From the NCBI RefSeq assembly GCF_004365815.1, contig NZ_SODD01000007.1, forward strand, positions 37,560 through 69,559: 32,000 nt of DNA, given 5' to 3'. Positions 18,336-27,042 of the stretch are shown one piece after another. The stretch is from Breznakia blatticola (lineage in GTDB: Bacteria; Bacillota_I; Bacilli_A; Erysipelotrichales; Erysipelotrichaceae). The notes beneath the pieces are model-generated. The model was given only the letters and a program-made list of their open reading frames with translations, did no database searches and was not told the DNA's origin. The first letter of the stretch is position 1, and each line of letters opens with the position of its first letter. The translations under genes and the position numbers were made by a program.

Positions 18336-18981
18336 ACAACAATACATTACAAAGCTTTCCTTCTATTTAAGAGGGATGGAAGAAAGTGAATATGAAGATG
18401 TAATGAATTACATTCAAGAATATTTTGAGGATGCAGGAATTGAGAATGAACAGAGCGTAATGGAGGAGTTAGGCTCACCGCAAAAGTTAGCAGCAACTCT
18501 TCGTGCTGAGGCGACTATCAAAAGTGCAAACAATAAAAGAGAAGAAGCAGAAAGTAACCTACAACAAGAGAAACAAAAAAACAGTACGTTAAAAACAATA
18601 CTGATTATTGTTTTAGGAATCTTTGCTTTACCAATAGCATTGCCACTAGCAATTGCAATGATCGCAGTTATTTTCGCATTATTTGCAGTATTAGTTAGTA
18701 TGGTGATTGTTGTAGTTGTGATGATTGTTGCACTATTTATCGTTGGAATTCCAAACGTTGTACATAGTATCTCATTATTTAGTGTGAGCTTTGCAGATGG
18801 ATTAGTTGCACTTGGTGCAAGTTTAATGATGATTGGAGCAGGCTTGCTAATGGCACTAATCGTAGTAGCTATAATTAGTAAGTTTATCCCTTGGATGGTT
18901 CGTCAACTCACAAAATTTTTTAACCGACACAATAGTCGTCCACATTTAAACAAGGAGGGACATATTTATGATGAAAAATAG
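18319..18981 (+). CDS. DUF1700-type membrane protein (PadR-associated sensor-like)
   Basis: The N-terminus (TKQQYITKLSFYLRGMEESEYEDVMNYIQEYFEDAG) matches the DUF1700 pattern. The C-terminal half is multi-TM. It overlaps the PadR gene by 17 nt. Confidence 0.7.
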   Translation: MENMTKQQYITKLSFYLRGMEESEYEDVMNYIQEYFEDAGIENEQSVMEELGSPQKLAATLRAEATIKSANNKREEAESNLQQEKQKNSTLKTILIIVLGIFALPIALPLAIAMIAVIFALFAVLVSMVIVVVVMIVALFIVGIPNVVHSISLFSVSFADGLVALGASLMMIGAGLLMALIVVAIISKFIPWMVRQLTKFFNRHNSRPHLNKEGHIYDEK

Positions 18982-19768
18982 ATGGATAAGAAATACAATC
19001 CTTGTTGGGTTAAGTGTTTGTATCATTGGATTTGTTGTAATGTTAATCGGATTTGGACAAGGTGGACGATTAACAGTTTCAAATTATCGTGTAGGACCAA
19101 TTGGTATGGTAGGTATCAATCGTCAATCAGATGAGAAAACAACTACGTTTCATTTAACACCAGAAAATATCACAGGTCTTGATATCGAAGCAGAAGTTGG
19201 AGACGTTGAGATTGTAAAAGGAGATCACTTTGAAGTGAATATGGAAGGGTTTAAACCTTCAGAAGTAAAATACTCAAACTTAAGTCATGGAATCTTCAAA
19301 ATTGAAACATATAGTGGAATTGATCTTATCTCTTTAGGAACAAATAATAACTATGGAAAGATTAAGGTTATTGTTCCTGCATCATTTGATAAAGTTGAGG
19401 TTAGTGCAAATGTAGGAGATGTGAGAGTTTCTGATCTTACTTTAAAAGAATTTGATATCTCTGTCGATGTTGGAAATTTAGAAGCAAAGAACATGAATGT
19501 AGATGTAGTAGAAATGGATGTAAACTTAGGACATGCACTGTATCATGGTGCAATCAATCAATCGGTTGATGCCGATTGTGATTTAGGAGAGCTAGAGTTG
19601 CAAATAAAAGGAGTACGTGAAGAGTATTCAATGGAACTTGATGCAGATTTAGGAGATATTACAGTTGATGGTCAACATCACGGTACATATGAATCAAAAG
19701 GGACAACAAATAAAAAAATCGGAGCTTCAACAAATTTAGGAGAGTTAATAATATCCTTTATTCAATAG
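18968..19768 (+). CDS. DUF4097-type beta-helical repeat protein with N-terminal TM anchor
   Basis: About seven repeats of the x-V/L-G-D/E/N-V/L-x-V type (VGDVEIV, VGDVRVS, VGNLEAK, LGHALYH, LGELELQ, LGDITVD, LGELIIS). It overlaps the upstream gene by 14 nt. Confidence 0.7.
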   Translation: MMKNRWIRNTILVGLSVCIIGFVVMLIGFGQGGRLTVSNYRVGPIGMVGINRQSDEKTTTFHLTPENITGLDIEAEVGDVEIVKGDHFEVNMEGFKPSEVKYSNLSHGIFKIETYSGIDLISLGTNNNYGKIKVIVPASFDKVEVSANVGDVRVSDLTLKEFDISVDVGNLEAKNMNVDVVEMDVNLGHALYHGAINQSVDADCDLGELELQIKGVREEYSMELDADLGDITVDGQHHGTYESKGTTNKKIGASTNLGELIISFIQ

Positions 19769-19774
19769 GTTTTT

Positions 19775-19815
19775 AAGGCACTTTTTAGAAAATAAAAAAA
19801 GTGTCTTTTTTTTTA
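19775..19815 (+). terminator. Intrinsic terminator of the PadR operon
   Basis: AGGCACTTTTT / AAAAGGTGTCT stem (two G-U pairs) followed by a 9-nt T-run. Confidence 0.6.
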
Positions 19816-19824
19816 ATTTTAGTG

Positions 19825-19853
19825 TTGACACCTTATATGCTCCATGGTATTAT
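19825..19853 (+). promoter_or_regulatory. Sigma-A promoter for the tRNA-Ile/tRNA-Ala pair (TTGACA-17 nt-TGgTATTAT)
   Basis: TTGACA at 19825-19830. Extended -10 TGGTATTAT at 19845-19853. Confidence 0.5.
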
Positions 19854-19874
19854 AATAAGGCATTCGCAAGAAGC

Positions 19875-19951
<77 letters not shown>

Positions 19952-19977
19952 TTTTCTATTCGAATGTCTATATACAT

Positions 19978-20053
19978 GGGGTTTTAGCTCAGCTGGGAGA
20001 GCGCCTGCCTTGCACGCAGGAGGTCAGCGGTTCGATCCCGCTAAGCTCCACCA
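19978..20053 (+). tRNA. tRNA-Ala (anticodon UGC), CCA encoded
   Basis: Acceptor GGGGTTT / AAGCTCC with the G3:U70 alanine identity pair. Anticodon arm CCTGC-CTTGCAC-GCAGG. T arm AGCGG-TTCGATC-CCGCT. Confidence 0.92.
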
Positions 20054-20064
20054 TATAGTAAACT

Positions 20065-20095
20065 ACACCGAAGTGATAAACTTCGGTGTTTTTTA
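20065..20095 (+). terminator. Intrinsic terminator after tRNA-Ala
   Basis: Perfect 9-bp stem ACACCGAAG / CTTCGGTGT, a 7-nt loop, and a T-run. Confidence 0.8.
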
Positions 20096-20286
20096 ATCTT
20101 ATTGGAGCTTGTGACTTATAACTGGACCTCCGCGTGCCTAGTTAACGTAAACTTTAAAAAAGTAAAAAACTGATATATTGCAAAAATTAGGTAGTCAAAA
20201 ATACGAAAGATATCCAAATTAATTTTAACTCTATGATTGAAGCGAACAGATAGAATGATTCAAGTGATGAAGATAGAGTAGAAAAA

Positions 20287-20306
20287 GTTCAGTTATTGTT
20301 CAGTTA
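20287..20306 (+). repeat. Two perfect 9-nt direct repeats GTTCAGTTA at 11-bp spacing, upstream of a weak -35 promoter
   Basis: GTTCAGTTA at 20287-20295 and at 20298-20306. TATAAT at 20347-20352 has only TTTTGT at the -35 position. Confidence 0.5.
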
Positions 20307-20375
20307 GAATCTATGGATTTACTTTTTGTTTAGGTGGAATTGTTGTATAATAATCAAGAATATATGGAGGAATTT

Positions 20376-21332
20376 ATGTTAAACGAAATCGCTAAGAAAT
20401 ATATGGATCAATATGGTTGTCGCTTTAAGGGATCACAAAAACGTAAGTTCCGTGAAGCCATCTCGCACGACTTTGAACAATTGGGTTATAAAGTAGAAAC
20501 AGACACACAAAGAGTCAAACTATCTCGTGTGAATAATTTATATGTAGGTAGTATCAAACAAGCAAAGTATGTGTTTGTTATACCGTATAATACACCACCA
20601 AAGGTATTTTGGTTTAAGAATCGAATTTACCCACAAGATGGATATAAACAAATGCGTAGAATGTTTTTCCCGCGTTTTGTGCCAATGATTGCAGGTTACT
20701 TAGTATTACTTGCGTTGCTATATATTATTCCGGCATTCTTGCCAGCAAGTATTGCAACATATTTCTTTATCTTTGTGTTGTTGTATTTAGCTGCACTGGT
20801 TGTCTTTATTGTACGAGGTGTACCAAATAAGAAGAACTATGTAAATAACAGTGCATCGATTGCCATTGCTCTTGATATGGCTGAACAGTTAAGTCCAAGT
20901 CAACGTAAAGAAGTCATGTTTGCTTTCACAGATAGTAATCAAGTACATTTAAGTAATGGGAATGTAGCATTCCAAAAATACTTGGTCGCAAACAATAAAG
21001 CAAGTGCTTCAATGATTATGCTTTTCTGCATTGGTCGAGGAAGTCAAATTTCATATCAAGTAGGACGTGGACTAAAGAATGAAGCGCGTGATATGCAAAA
21101 AGCATATAAAGGAACAACACCAATTGAAATTGTGCAAATGGGTGATGATCGTAAAGCGGAGGGTATCTTACGTGATTTCTCAAAAGCAATGATGATTTCA
21201 ACAGGTGATAATGAAGACGGAAGTCTGATGGTTGAGGGATGTGCAACAGGTAAAGATCATTCAGTGAACATGGAAATGGTCGAACGAATTAGTGAAAGTC
21301 TTGTTGCATTCATTCAAAAAAATAGAAAATAA
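20376..21332 (+). CDS. Hypothetical membrane protein: two soluble halves split by 2 TM helices, with a weak M28-peptidase-like pattern lacking the metal ligands
   Basis: The ATG at 20376 follows GGAGGA; the ORF-track start at 20334 is a GTG with no RBS. TM helices lie around FVPMIAGYLVLLALLYIIPAF and YFFIFVLLYLAALVVFIV. NNSASIAIALDMAE and VMFAFTDSNQ resemble, by eye, the DNASG...LLE and F.F..EE.G motifs of M28 peptidases. Confidence 0.55.
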   Translation: MLNEIAKKYMDQYGCRFKGSQKRKFREAISHDFEQLGYKVETDTQRVKLSRVNNLYVGSIKQAKYVFVIPYNTPPKVFWFKNRIYPQDGYKQMRRMFFPRFVPMIAGYLVLLALLYIIPAFLPASIATYFFIFVLLYLAALVVFIVRGVPNKKNYVNNSASIAIALDMAEQLSPSQRKEVMFAFTDSNQVHLSNGNVAFQKYLVANNKASASMIMLFCIGRGSQISYQVGRGLKNEARDMQKAYKGTTPIEIVQMGDDRKAEGILRDFSKAMMISTGDNEDGSLMVEGCATGKDHSVNMEMVERISESLVAFIQKNRK

Positions 21333-21340
21333 GGGGTAAG

Positions 21341-22876
21341 ATGAAACAAATTTTTCGATTACTAACCAATAAAATCGTAATTGTTGGAGTATTGATCATA
21401 CTGCAACTCGGGCTAGTAATGCTAGGGGTATACACTCTTAGTGTTTTTAGCTTAGATGCGTATTCCATCTTTCATGTATTTTCAATTTTAGCAGCCTTAT
21501 ATGTAATTAATCGAAACGATAATCCATCGTATAAACTATCCTGGTCAATTTTGATTTTGATTGCACCAGTATTTGGATGGCTATTTTACTTAATGTTTGG
21601 GGCAAAGAAAGTACCTAAGAAGTTACGTGAACGTGATGAAGTATTACATCAAGATGTCGTAGCGCATATTGAAGGAAATGAAGAACTATATCATTATTTA
21701 GTACAAAATGATGGAAGTGCCTATAAACAAATTAATTACATTTGGAATGCAAGTCAATTCCCACCATATGGAAAAACGCGAACTAAGTTTTTTGCGACAG
21801 GTGAAGAAAACTTCGCGGAATTGATGTTGCAATTAAAACGTGCAGAGAAGTTTATCTTTATGGAATACTTCATCATTGATGAAGGATACATGTGGGATAG
21901 TATACTTGAGGTGCTTGTACAAAAAGTCAATGAAGGTGTAGATGTACGCCTTATTTATGATGATTTTGGTTGTGCAAGTAAACTTCCAAGTAAAACAAAC
22001 CTCAAACTCGAAGCACTGGGAATTAAAACGTATGTGTTTAATCCAATTCGACCACGCTTGGCTATTCAAATGAATAATCGCGATCACAGAAAAATAACAG
22101 TTATTGATGGTAAAGTTGCTTTCTCTGGTGGAATCAACATCGCAGATGAGTATATCAATCGTAAAGTGCGCTTTGGTCATTGGAAAGATGGTGGAGCCAT
22201 GCTTGAAGGAGAAGCGGTGTGGAGTTTTACCTTTATGTTCTTACAGTTTTGGAATTATAACAGTGATGAAAAAGATAACTATCATGATTTCAAACAACCG
22301 GATGAAGCATTTGAGATGTATCCAAATGATGGTTTAGTACAACCGTTTAGTGATACCCCAACAGATGATGAAAATGTTGGAGAGTACACACATATTAATA
22401 TGATTAATAATGCAACGGATTATGTATATATCACAACACCATATTTAGTTATTGATTCGGAGATGCGAACAGCATTAATCTTAGCGGCAAAGAACGGTGT
22501 GGACGTGCGAATTTTAGTTCCGCATATTCCAGATAAGAAAGTCGTGTTTCAACTGACACGCTCAAACTATGAAATCTTAACACGCAATGGTGTTAGAATT
22601 TATGAATACACACCAGGCTTTGTGCATGCAAAGACCTTTGTTTCTGATGATAAGTATGCCATCGTAGGAACGAGTAATATGGATTTCCGTTCATACTACT
22701 TACACTATGAATGTGGGATTTGGTTTTATAAGAGCAGTTGTATTGAAGATATAAAACGTGATTATCTTGAAATGCTTGATGTTTCGCAAGAAATTACGTA
22801 TGAATATTGTCGTAGTGAGAAACTTGTTGTGCGAATGATTCGTGCAATTCTCAATGTATTCTCACCACTTATGTAG
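21341..22876 (+). CDS. cls: Cardiolipin synthase (PLD superfamily, two HKD motifs)
   Basis: Two N-terminal TM helices. HKD motifs HRKITVIDGKVAFSGGINI and HAKTFVSDDKYAIVGTSNMD. 511 aa. Confidence 0.9.
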   Translation: MKQIFRLLTNKIVIVGVLIILQLGLVMLGVYTLSVFSLDAYSIFHVFSILAALYVINRNDNPSYKLSWSILILIAPVFGWLFYLMFGAKKVPKKLRERDEVLHQDVVAHIEGNEELYHYLVQNDGSAYKQINYIWNASQFPPYGKTRTKFFATGEENFAELMLQLKRAEKFIFMEYFIIDEGYMWDSILEVLVQKVNEGVDVRLIYDDFGCASKLPSKTNLKLEALGIKTYVFNPIRPRLAIQMNNRDHRKITVIDGKVAFSGGINIADEYINRKVRFGHWKDGGAMLEGEAVWSFTFMFLQFWNYNSDEKDNYHDFKQPDEAFEMYPNDGLVQPFSDTPTDDENVGEYTHINMINNATDYVYITTPYLVIDSEMRTALILAAKNGVDVRILVPHIPDKKVVFQLTRSNYEILTRNGVRIYEYTPGFVHAKTFVSDDKYAIVGTSNMDFRSYYLHYECGIWFYKSSCIEDIKRDYLEMLDVSQEITYEYCRSEKLVVRMIRAILNVFSPLM

Positions 22877-22885
22877 GAGGAATTT

Positions 22886-23737
22886 ATGAATCAAAATGTT
22901 GGGATTATTTGCGAAGGCGGAGGAACCAAAGCAGCCTATACCAGCGGTGTTTTAAAAGCATTACTAGACCATGATATAAAACTGCCGTATTCAGTTGGAA
23001 TTAGTGCAGGAGCTGAAAATCTACTGCCCTATGTGTCACGTCAACCATATCGTTTGGAAGTGACAGGAATTGAAGCAGGAACTCAAAAAGATGCAGTAGG
23101 TATTCGACCATTATTTAAAGAAGGTGGGATCTTCGGTTTAAATGCAGTTTTCCAATTTCTAGAGAAAAAGACACCTCTTGATTATGATACCTTTTATAAG
23201 AGCCGTACAAGGCTTGATATCGGCTTATATAACATCGAGAAGGGAACAGTGGAGTATTACAGTAAAGAGTACTTAGACAAGGACCAAACGCTTGTGAAGG
23301 CAAGTTGTGCATTACTGTTATTAACGAAACCTTACAAATATTTAGGTGGTTTATATATGGATGCAGGATTGATTGATATGATTCCAATCGAGCAAAGCAT
23401 TCGTCAAGGAAATACGAAGCATATTTTCATTTCGACAAAAGAAGAAGGATATGTACGTAAACCTGCACCTGGATGGCAAATATGCTTAGCCAAAATGAAG
23501 TATCGTAAATATCCACATGTTGCACGTGATTTGAAATTACGTCATGTTCGCTATAAAGAACAATGGGATAAAGTTGAAGAATTAGAAAGCAAAGGACAAG
23601 CTTTAGTTTTACGTCCTAGTGAAGATCATGGAATTACGCGGTATACGCAAGATCCTGATAAACTTCGTGGATGGTTCCAATTGGGGTATGATGATACCAT
23701 TGCACGATTGGATACAATTAAAGAATTTATTAAATAA
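22886..23737 (+). CDS. Patatin-like phospholipase family protein
   Basis: Oxyanion motif CEGGGTKAAYTSG, nucleophile motif GISAG, and later the DAGLID aspartate motif. 283 aa. Confidence 0.82.
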   Translation: MNQNVGIICEGGGTKAAYTSGVLKALLDHDIKLPYSVGISAGAENLLPYVSRQPYRLEVTGIEAGTQKDAVGIRPLFKEGGIFGLNAVFQFLEKKTPLDYDTFYKSRTRLDIGLYNIEKGTVEYYSKEYLDKDQTLVKASCALLLLTKPYKYLGGLYMDAGLIDMIPIEQSIRQGNTKHIFISTKEEGYVRKPAPGWQICLAKMKYRKYPHVARDLKLRHVRYKEQWDKVEELESKGQALVLRPSEDHGITRYTQDPDKLRGWFQLGYDDTIARLDTIKEFIK

Positions 23738-23738
23738 G

Positions 23739-23777
23739 AAAAGAGATTTCTACAGTTCGTCTGTCGAAATCTCTTTT
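23739..23777. terminator. Bidirectional terminator between the convergent patatin and minus-strand operons
   Basis: 12-bp stem AAAAGAGATTTC / GAAATCTCTTTT with a 15-nt loop and T-rich flanks on both strands. It overlaps the last codons of the minus-strand gene. Confidence 0.7.
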
Positions 23778-24475
23778 TGTTTGGATAGTGCTTTTTGTGC
23801 TTCTTTATAACGTAAGGTTCCGTCGTTGCGAATCGATGATAGAAACTCTGTGCTATAAGGAAGCAGTTGACCCATGACAATCATAACTTTCCATCGATAG
23901 ACAGGATCTTTACTATTGTAATAGGTTGCTTCAATGATTTTGAAGACAATTTCATCACTGAAGTCATTGTTGTAAAGTAAGTAACCAATTGCAATAATTG
24001 CTTCGCGTTGTACTTTACGGGGTTTAATAACCAATGCGTTAAGTAAATCGGGTAATACTTCAATATCCATACGACCAAGTGTTCTAGCAATAAGATCACG
24101 AGGTAAAGGATATGAATTCTTCTTTGTGATTCGCTTTGGCAATGTTGTATATTGCTTATTTGGAATCACTGCTAAGTAGTCAATTAGTAAGCCAACTTGC
24201 TGTGTAGCATTTTGCAAAGACTTACAAATTTCCATACGTGTATACAATGCTTTTTCAATAGTTAAACGTTGAAGTAATAACTTACAAATTTCTTCTTCAT
24301 TAGCAAACAAGGAAAGGTGTTTTGCGGCAATCGTACGTTTGATTGCTTGTTTATCGTTAAGATTAACAATCGATGTTTCTTTTTCTCGCTTGTTTGGGTA
24401 AATATCGAAATGCTCGATAAACCCACGGCTTTCTAATTGTGTTCTTGTGCTTCTACCCTTTTTTTGTTCGCTCAT
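23750..24475 (-). CDS. Hypothetical all-helical protein, possibly HEAT/armadillo-like repeat
   Basis: 241 aa. Repeated helix-pair patterns containing R...AI.ALG-like strings (ARTLGRMDIEVLPDLLNAL, REAIIAIGYLL). The start overlaps the coaX 3' end by 23 nt. The function call is weak. Confidence 0.45.
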   Translation of the reverse strand: MSEQKKGRSTRTQLESRGFIEHFDIYPNKREKETSIVNLNDKQAIKRTIAAKHLSLFANEEEICKLLLQRLTIEKALYTRMEICKSLQNATQQVGLLIDYLAVIPNKQYTTLPKRITKKNSYPLPRDLIARTLGRMDIEVLPDLLNALVIKPRKVQREAIIAIGYLLYNNDFSDEIVFKIIEATYYNSKDPVYRWKVMIVMGQLLPYSTEFLSSIRNDGTLRYKEAQKALSKQKEISTDEL

Positions 24476-25229
24476 ATATCATCCGTAATCCTTTAAACGT
24501 TAAGTCGGGATCGTAAATATCGATCTCCTCAGTTCCTTCGGCTATAATCCTTCCTAAACCACCAGTCGCTATGACGCGAATGTGGTCCCCCATTTTTTCT
24601 TTGAAAAGCTTAATAATATGTTCGGTTAACCCAACATACCCAATATATACACCAGCTTGCATGCTATCAATTGTATTTGTTGCTAGTACGTTATGGACTG
24701 GTTGTATTTGAATTTCTGGTAACTTTGCAGCCCTACTAGATAGTGCTTGCGCACTAATCTCAATACCTGGAGCAGTTGTTCCTCCTAGATACTCACCTTT
24801 GCTATTTACAAAATCAAAGGTTGTTGCTGTACCAAAATCAACCACGAGAATATCACCACCGTATCCGTAGTATGCACCTACAGCATCTACAAGACGGTCA
24901 GCACCAAGTTCCCGTGGGTTATCAATCCGGATAGAAATTCCAGTTTTTACCCCTGGACCTACAATCATTGGTTCGATATTAAAAAACTTTCGAATCGAAT
25001 TGGTAAAGCTGTGCATAATTTTAGGCACAACACTAGAAATGATAACATCTTCAATATCTTTGACATCGATTTTTGCCGCATTCAGGAAACTTGTCATAAA
25101 GAATCCATATTCATCACTTGTCATGCGATTTTGTGCGGTTAGTCGATAACTTTGAACAAGTGTATCACTACCTTTTTCATATAATCCAATGGTAATGTTG
25201 GTATTTCCAACGTCTATAACTACTAACAT
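24453..25229 (-). CDS. coaX: Type III pantothenate kinase
   Basis: MLVVIDVGNTNITIGLY N-terminus, DFGTATTFD and ATGG motifs. 258 aa. Confidence 0.92.
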   Translation of the reverse strand: MLVVIDVGNTNITIGLYEKGSDTLVQSYRLTAQNRMTSDEYGFFMTSFLNAAKIDVKDIEDVIISSVVPKIMHSFTNSIRKFFNIEPMIVGPGVKTGISIRIDNPRELGADRLVDAVGAYYGYGGDILVVDFGTATTFDFVNSKGEYLGGTTAPGIEISAQALSSRAAKLPEIQIQPVHNVLATNTIDSMQAGVYIGYVGLTEHIIKLFKEKMGDHIRVIATGGLGRIIAEGTEEIDIYDPDLTFKGLRMIYERTKKG

Positions 25230-25238
25230 AATTCTCTC

Positions 25239-26414
25239 CTATTTACACAGTGTTTCTAAGATGCGATATGCAAGTTCTTCTTTGCTTGCTTGTGACAACT
25301 CTGTGTTTCCGTCACGATTGATTAGTGTAATGATGTTTGTATCGACATCAAAACCAGCACCAGGTGTACGGATATTGTTTGCAACTAGTAAGTCGCAATG
25401 CTTCTTTTCAAATTTCTTGCGTGCGTTTTCAAGCATATTTTCACTTTCCATCGCAAAGCCACAAAGCTTTTGATGACTTTTATGATCACCTAAATATTGT
25501 AAGATATCCTTTGTTTTCACAAATTCAAAAGCGGTTGTTTCTGTATCTTTTTTAATTTTCTGATCAGCGATAACTTTTGGTGTGTAATCTGCAACTGCAG
25601 CAGCCATAATGACATAATCATATGTATCATATTCTTTTGTCATTGCATCAAACATATCAGCTGCACTGACTACATCAACTACGTCTACGCGATATGGTTT
25701 ACTAAGATGTACGGGACCACTAACTAAAGTGACGCTTGCTCCCATGTTTCGGGCAGCTTTTGCGATTGCATATCCCATTTTTCCACTACTATGGTTTGAG
25801 ATAAAACGTACAGGATCAAGAGCTTCCCTTGTTGGTCCAGCACTAACAAGCACGCGTTTACCAGTAAGTATTTTTTTAGGATAACCAACCATTTCAATAG
25901 CTTCAATCATCGTTGGAATATCGGCAAGTTTTCCAGTGCCTGTATCACCACATGCAAGTAAACCAACACATGGTTCAATAATATGATAGCCAAGTTTTTT
26001 GGCTTTAGTTAGGTTTTCTTGTGTCACAGGATTGTTATACATTTGTGTATTCATCGCAGGCGCGATAAGTTTTGGGCAATTTGCTGCTAAAAATGTAGTA
26101 CTTAACATATCATCAGCAAGTCCATGAACCACTTTTGCAATAACGTTTGCAGTTGCTGGAGCTAAGATAAAGACATCTGCTTTTTTTGCTAATGAGATGT
26201 GTTCAACATCATAATGCTCGACACGATCAAAAGTGTGCACGTATGTCTTGTGTTTTGTCAGTGAAGAAAATGTCAAAGGGTCTACAAACTTTGTAGCATT
26301 TTTAGACATTATGACTTCTACATCATATCCTTTTTTTAATAGGTCACTTACAAGTTGTACGGCTTTAAATGTAGCAATCGAACTTGTAACACCAACTACG
26401 ACACATGGTTTCAT
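25239..26414 (-). CDS. coaBC: Bifunctional phosphopantothenoylcysteine decarboxylase / phosphopantothenate-cysteine ligase
   Basis: 391 aa. N-terminal flavoprotein half (GVTSSIATFK, PATANVIAK) and C-terminal ligase half (ISNHSSGKMG, AAAVADY). Confidence 0.92.
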   Translation of the reverse strand: MKPCVVVGVTSSIATFKAVQLVSDLLKKGYDVEVIMSKNATKFVDPLTFSSLTKHKTYVHTFDRVEHYDVEHISLAKKADVFILAPATANVIAKVVHGLADDMLSTTFLAANCPKLIAPAMNTQMYNNPVTQENLTKAKKLGYHIIEPCVGLLACGDTGTGKLADIPTMIEAIEMVGYPKKILTGKRVLVSAGPTREALDPVRFISNHSSGKMGYAIAKAARNMGASVTLVSGPVHLSKPYRVDVVDVVSAADMFDAMTKEYDTYDYVIMAAAVADYTPKVIADQKIKKDTETTAFEFVKTKDILQYLGDHKSHQKLCGFAMESENMLENARKKFEKKHCDLLVANNIRTPGAGFDVDTNIITLINRDGNTELSQASKEELAYRILETLCK

Positions 26415-26424
26415 CGTTTTCTCC

Positions 26425-27042
26425 TTATAGTGATACTACTTTTTTTCCAGCTTTACATACAGCTACAGCAATAATGACTGCGGCAATAGCTTCCATAATT
26501 CCTGAACCAGTTATGATAGACATAATAAATCCAATCAGTGCATCATAGGCAACACCTACAGCACTTGCATATGCTGGTCCAAAGAATATGTAGATTCCAC
26601 CAAGAACTAAAATCGTGTTCGTCAAGGAACCAAGTAATGCAGCAACTGACATCGAAAGGATGTCATTCACATTGCGTTTGGAAAGTTGTTCATAAACAAA
26701 CCCAGCAACAAAGCCGACCAGTACCCTAGGCACAATTGCAATTAATAAACTAACGAAGTTTCCACTTTGCCCACCGATTGTAATAAATGGTGAGAACACA
26801 AAACTTGAGATGTTTGGATCAATACTTGCTTTGATAAGAGATGTTAACCCAAAGATAAGTCCAACAATTGCTCCTTCTTTCTTTCCTAGTAAGATTCCAG
26901 CAATAATGACTGGAATATGTAAAGTTGTTGCGTTAATGAATCCCAAATTAATGTAACCTAAAAAGGGGATGACACTAACTGCAATCTCTATTGCAATAAA
27001 CAATGCAAGTAGAGTAAAGCGTTTCATATTCGTTTTTTTCAT
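26425..27042 (-). CDS. ECF-transporter substrate-specific (S) component; pantothenate-specific (PanT-like) inferred from context
   Basis: 205 aa with about 6 TM. The EIAVSVIPFLGYI..G....TTLHIPVIIAGILLG pattern is typical of ECF S components. It lies directly upstream of coaBC-coaX. GGAGG RBS. Confidence 0.7.
   Translation of the reverse strand: MKKTNMKRFTLLALFIAIEIAVSVIPFLGYINLGFINATTLHIPVIIAGILLGKKEGAIVGLIFGLTSLIKASIDPNISSFVFSPFITIGGQSGNFVSLLIAIVPRVLVGFVAGFVYEQLSKRNVNDILSMSVAALLGSLTNTILVLGGIYIFFGPAYASAVGVAYDALIGFIMSIITGSGIMEAIAAVIIAVAVCKAGKKVVSL

Noticed and set aside
20043-20111. The 8-nt complement between the tRNA-Ala 3' end (AAGCTCCA) and TGGAGCTT at 20104-20111, considered as an integration (att) scar
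   Set aside because: It is an inverted rather than a direct repeat and only 8 nt long. No integrase or foreign-looking genes flank the tRNA, so it is most likely chance.
21341-23737. A PLD-family protein plus a patatin lipase as a phage-defence module (CBASS/effector-like)
   Set aside because: The PLD protein has the N-terminal TM pair, the size and the dual HKD spacing of housekeeping cardiolipin synthase. There is no cyclase, sensor, nuclease or NTPase partner. The patatin protein is the short stand-alone type common in Firmicutes.
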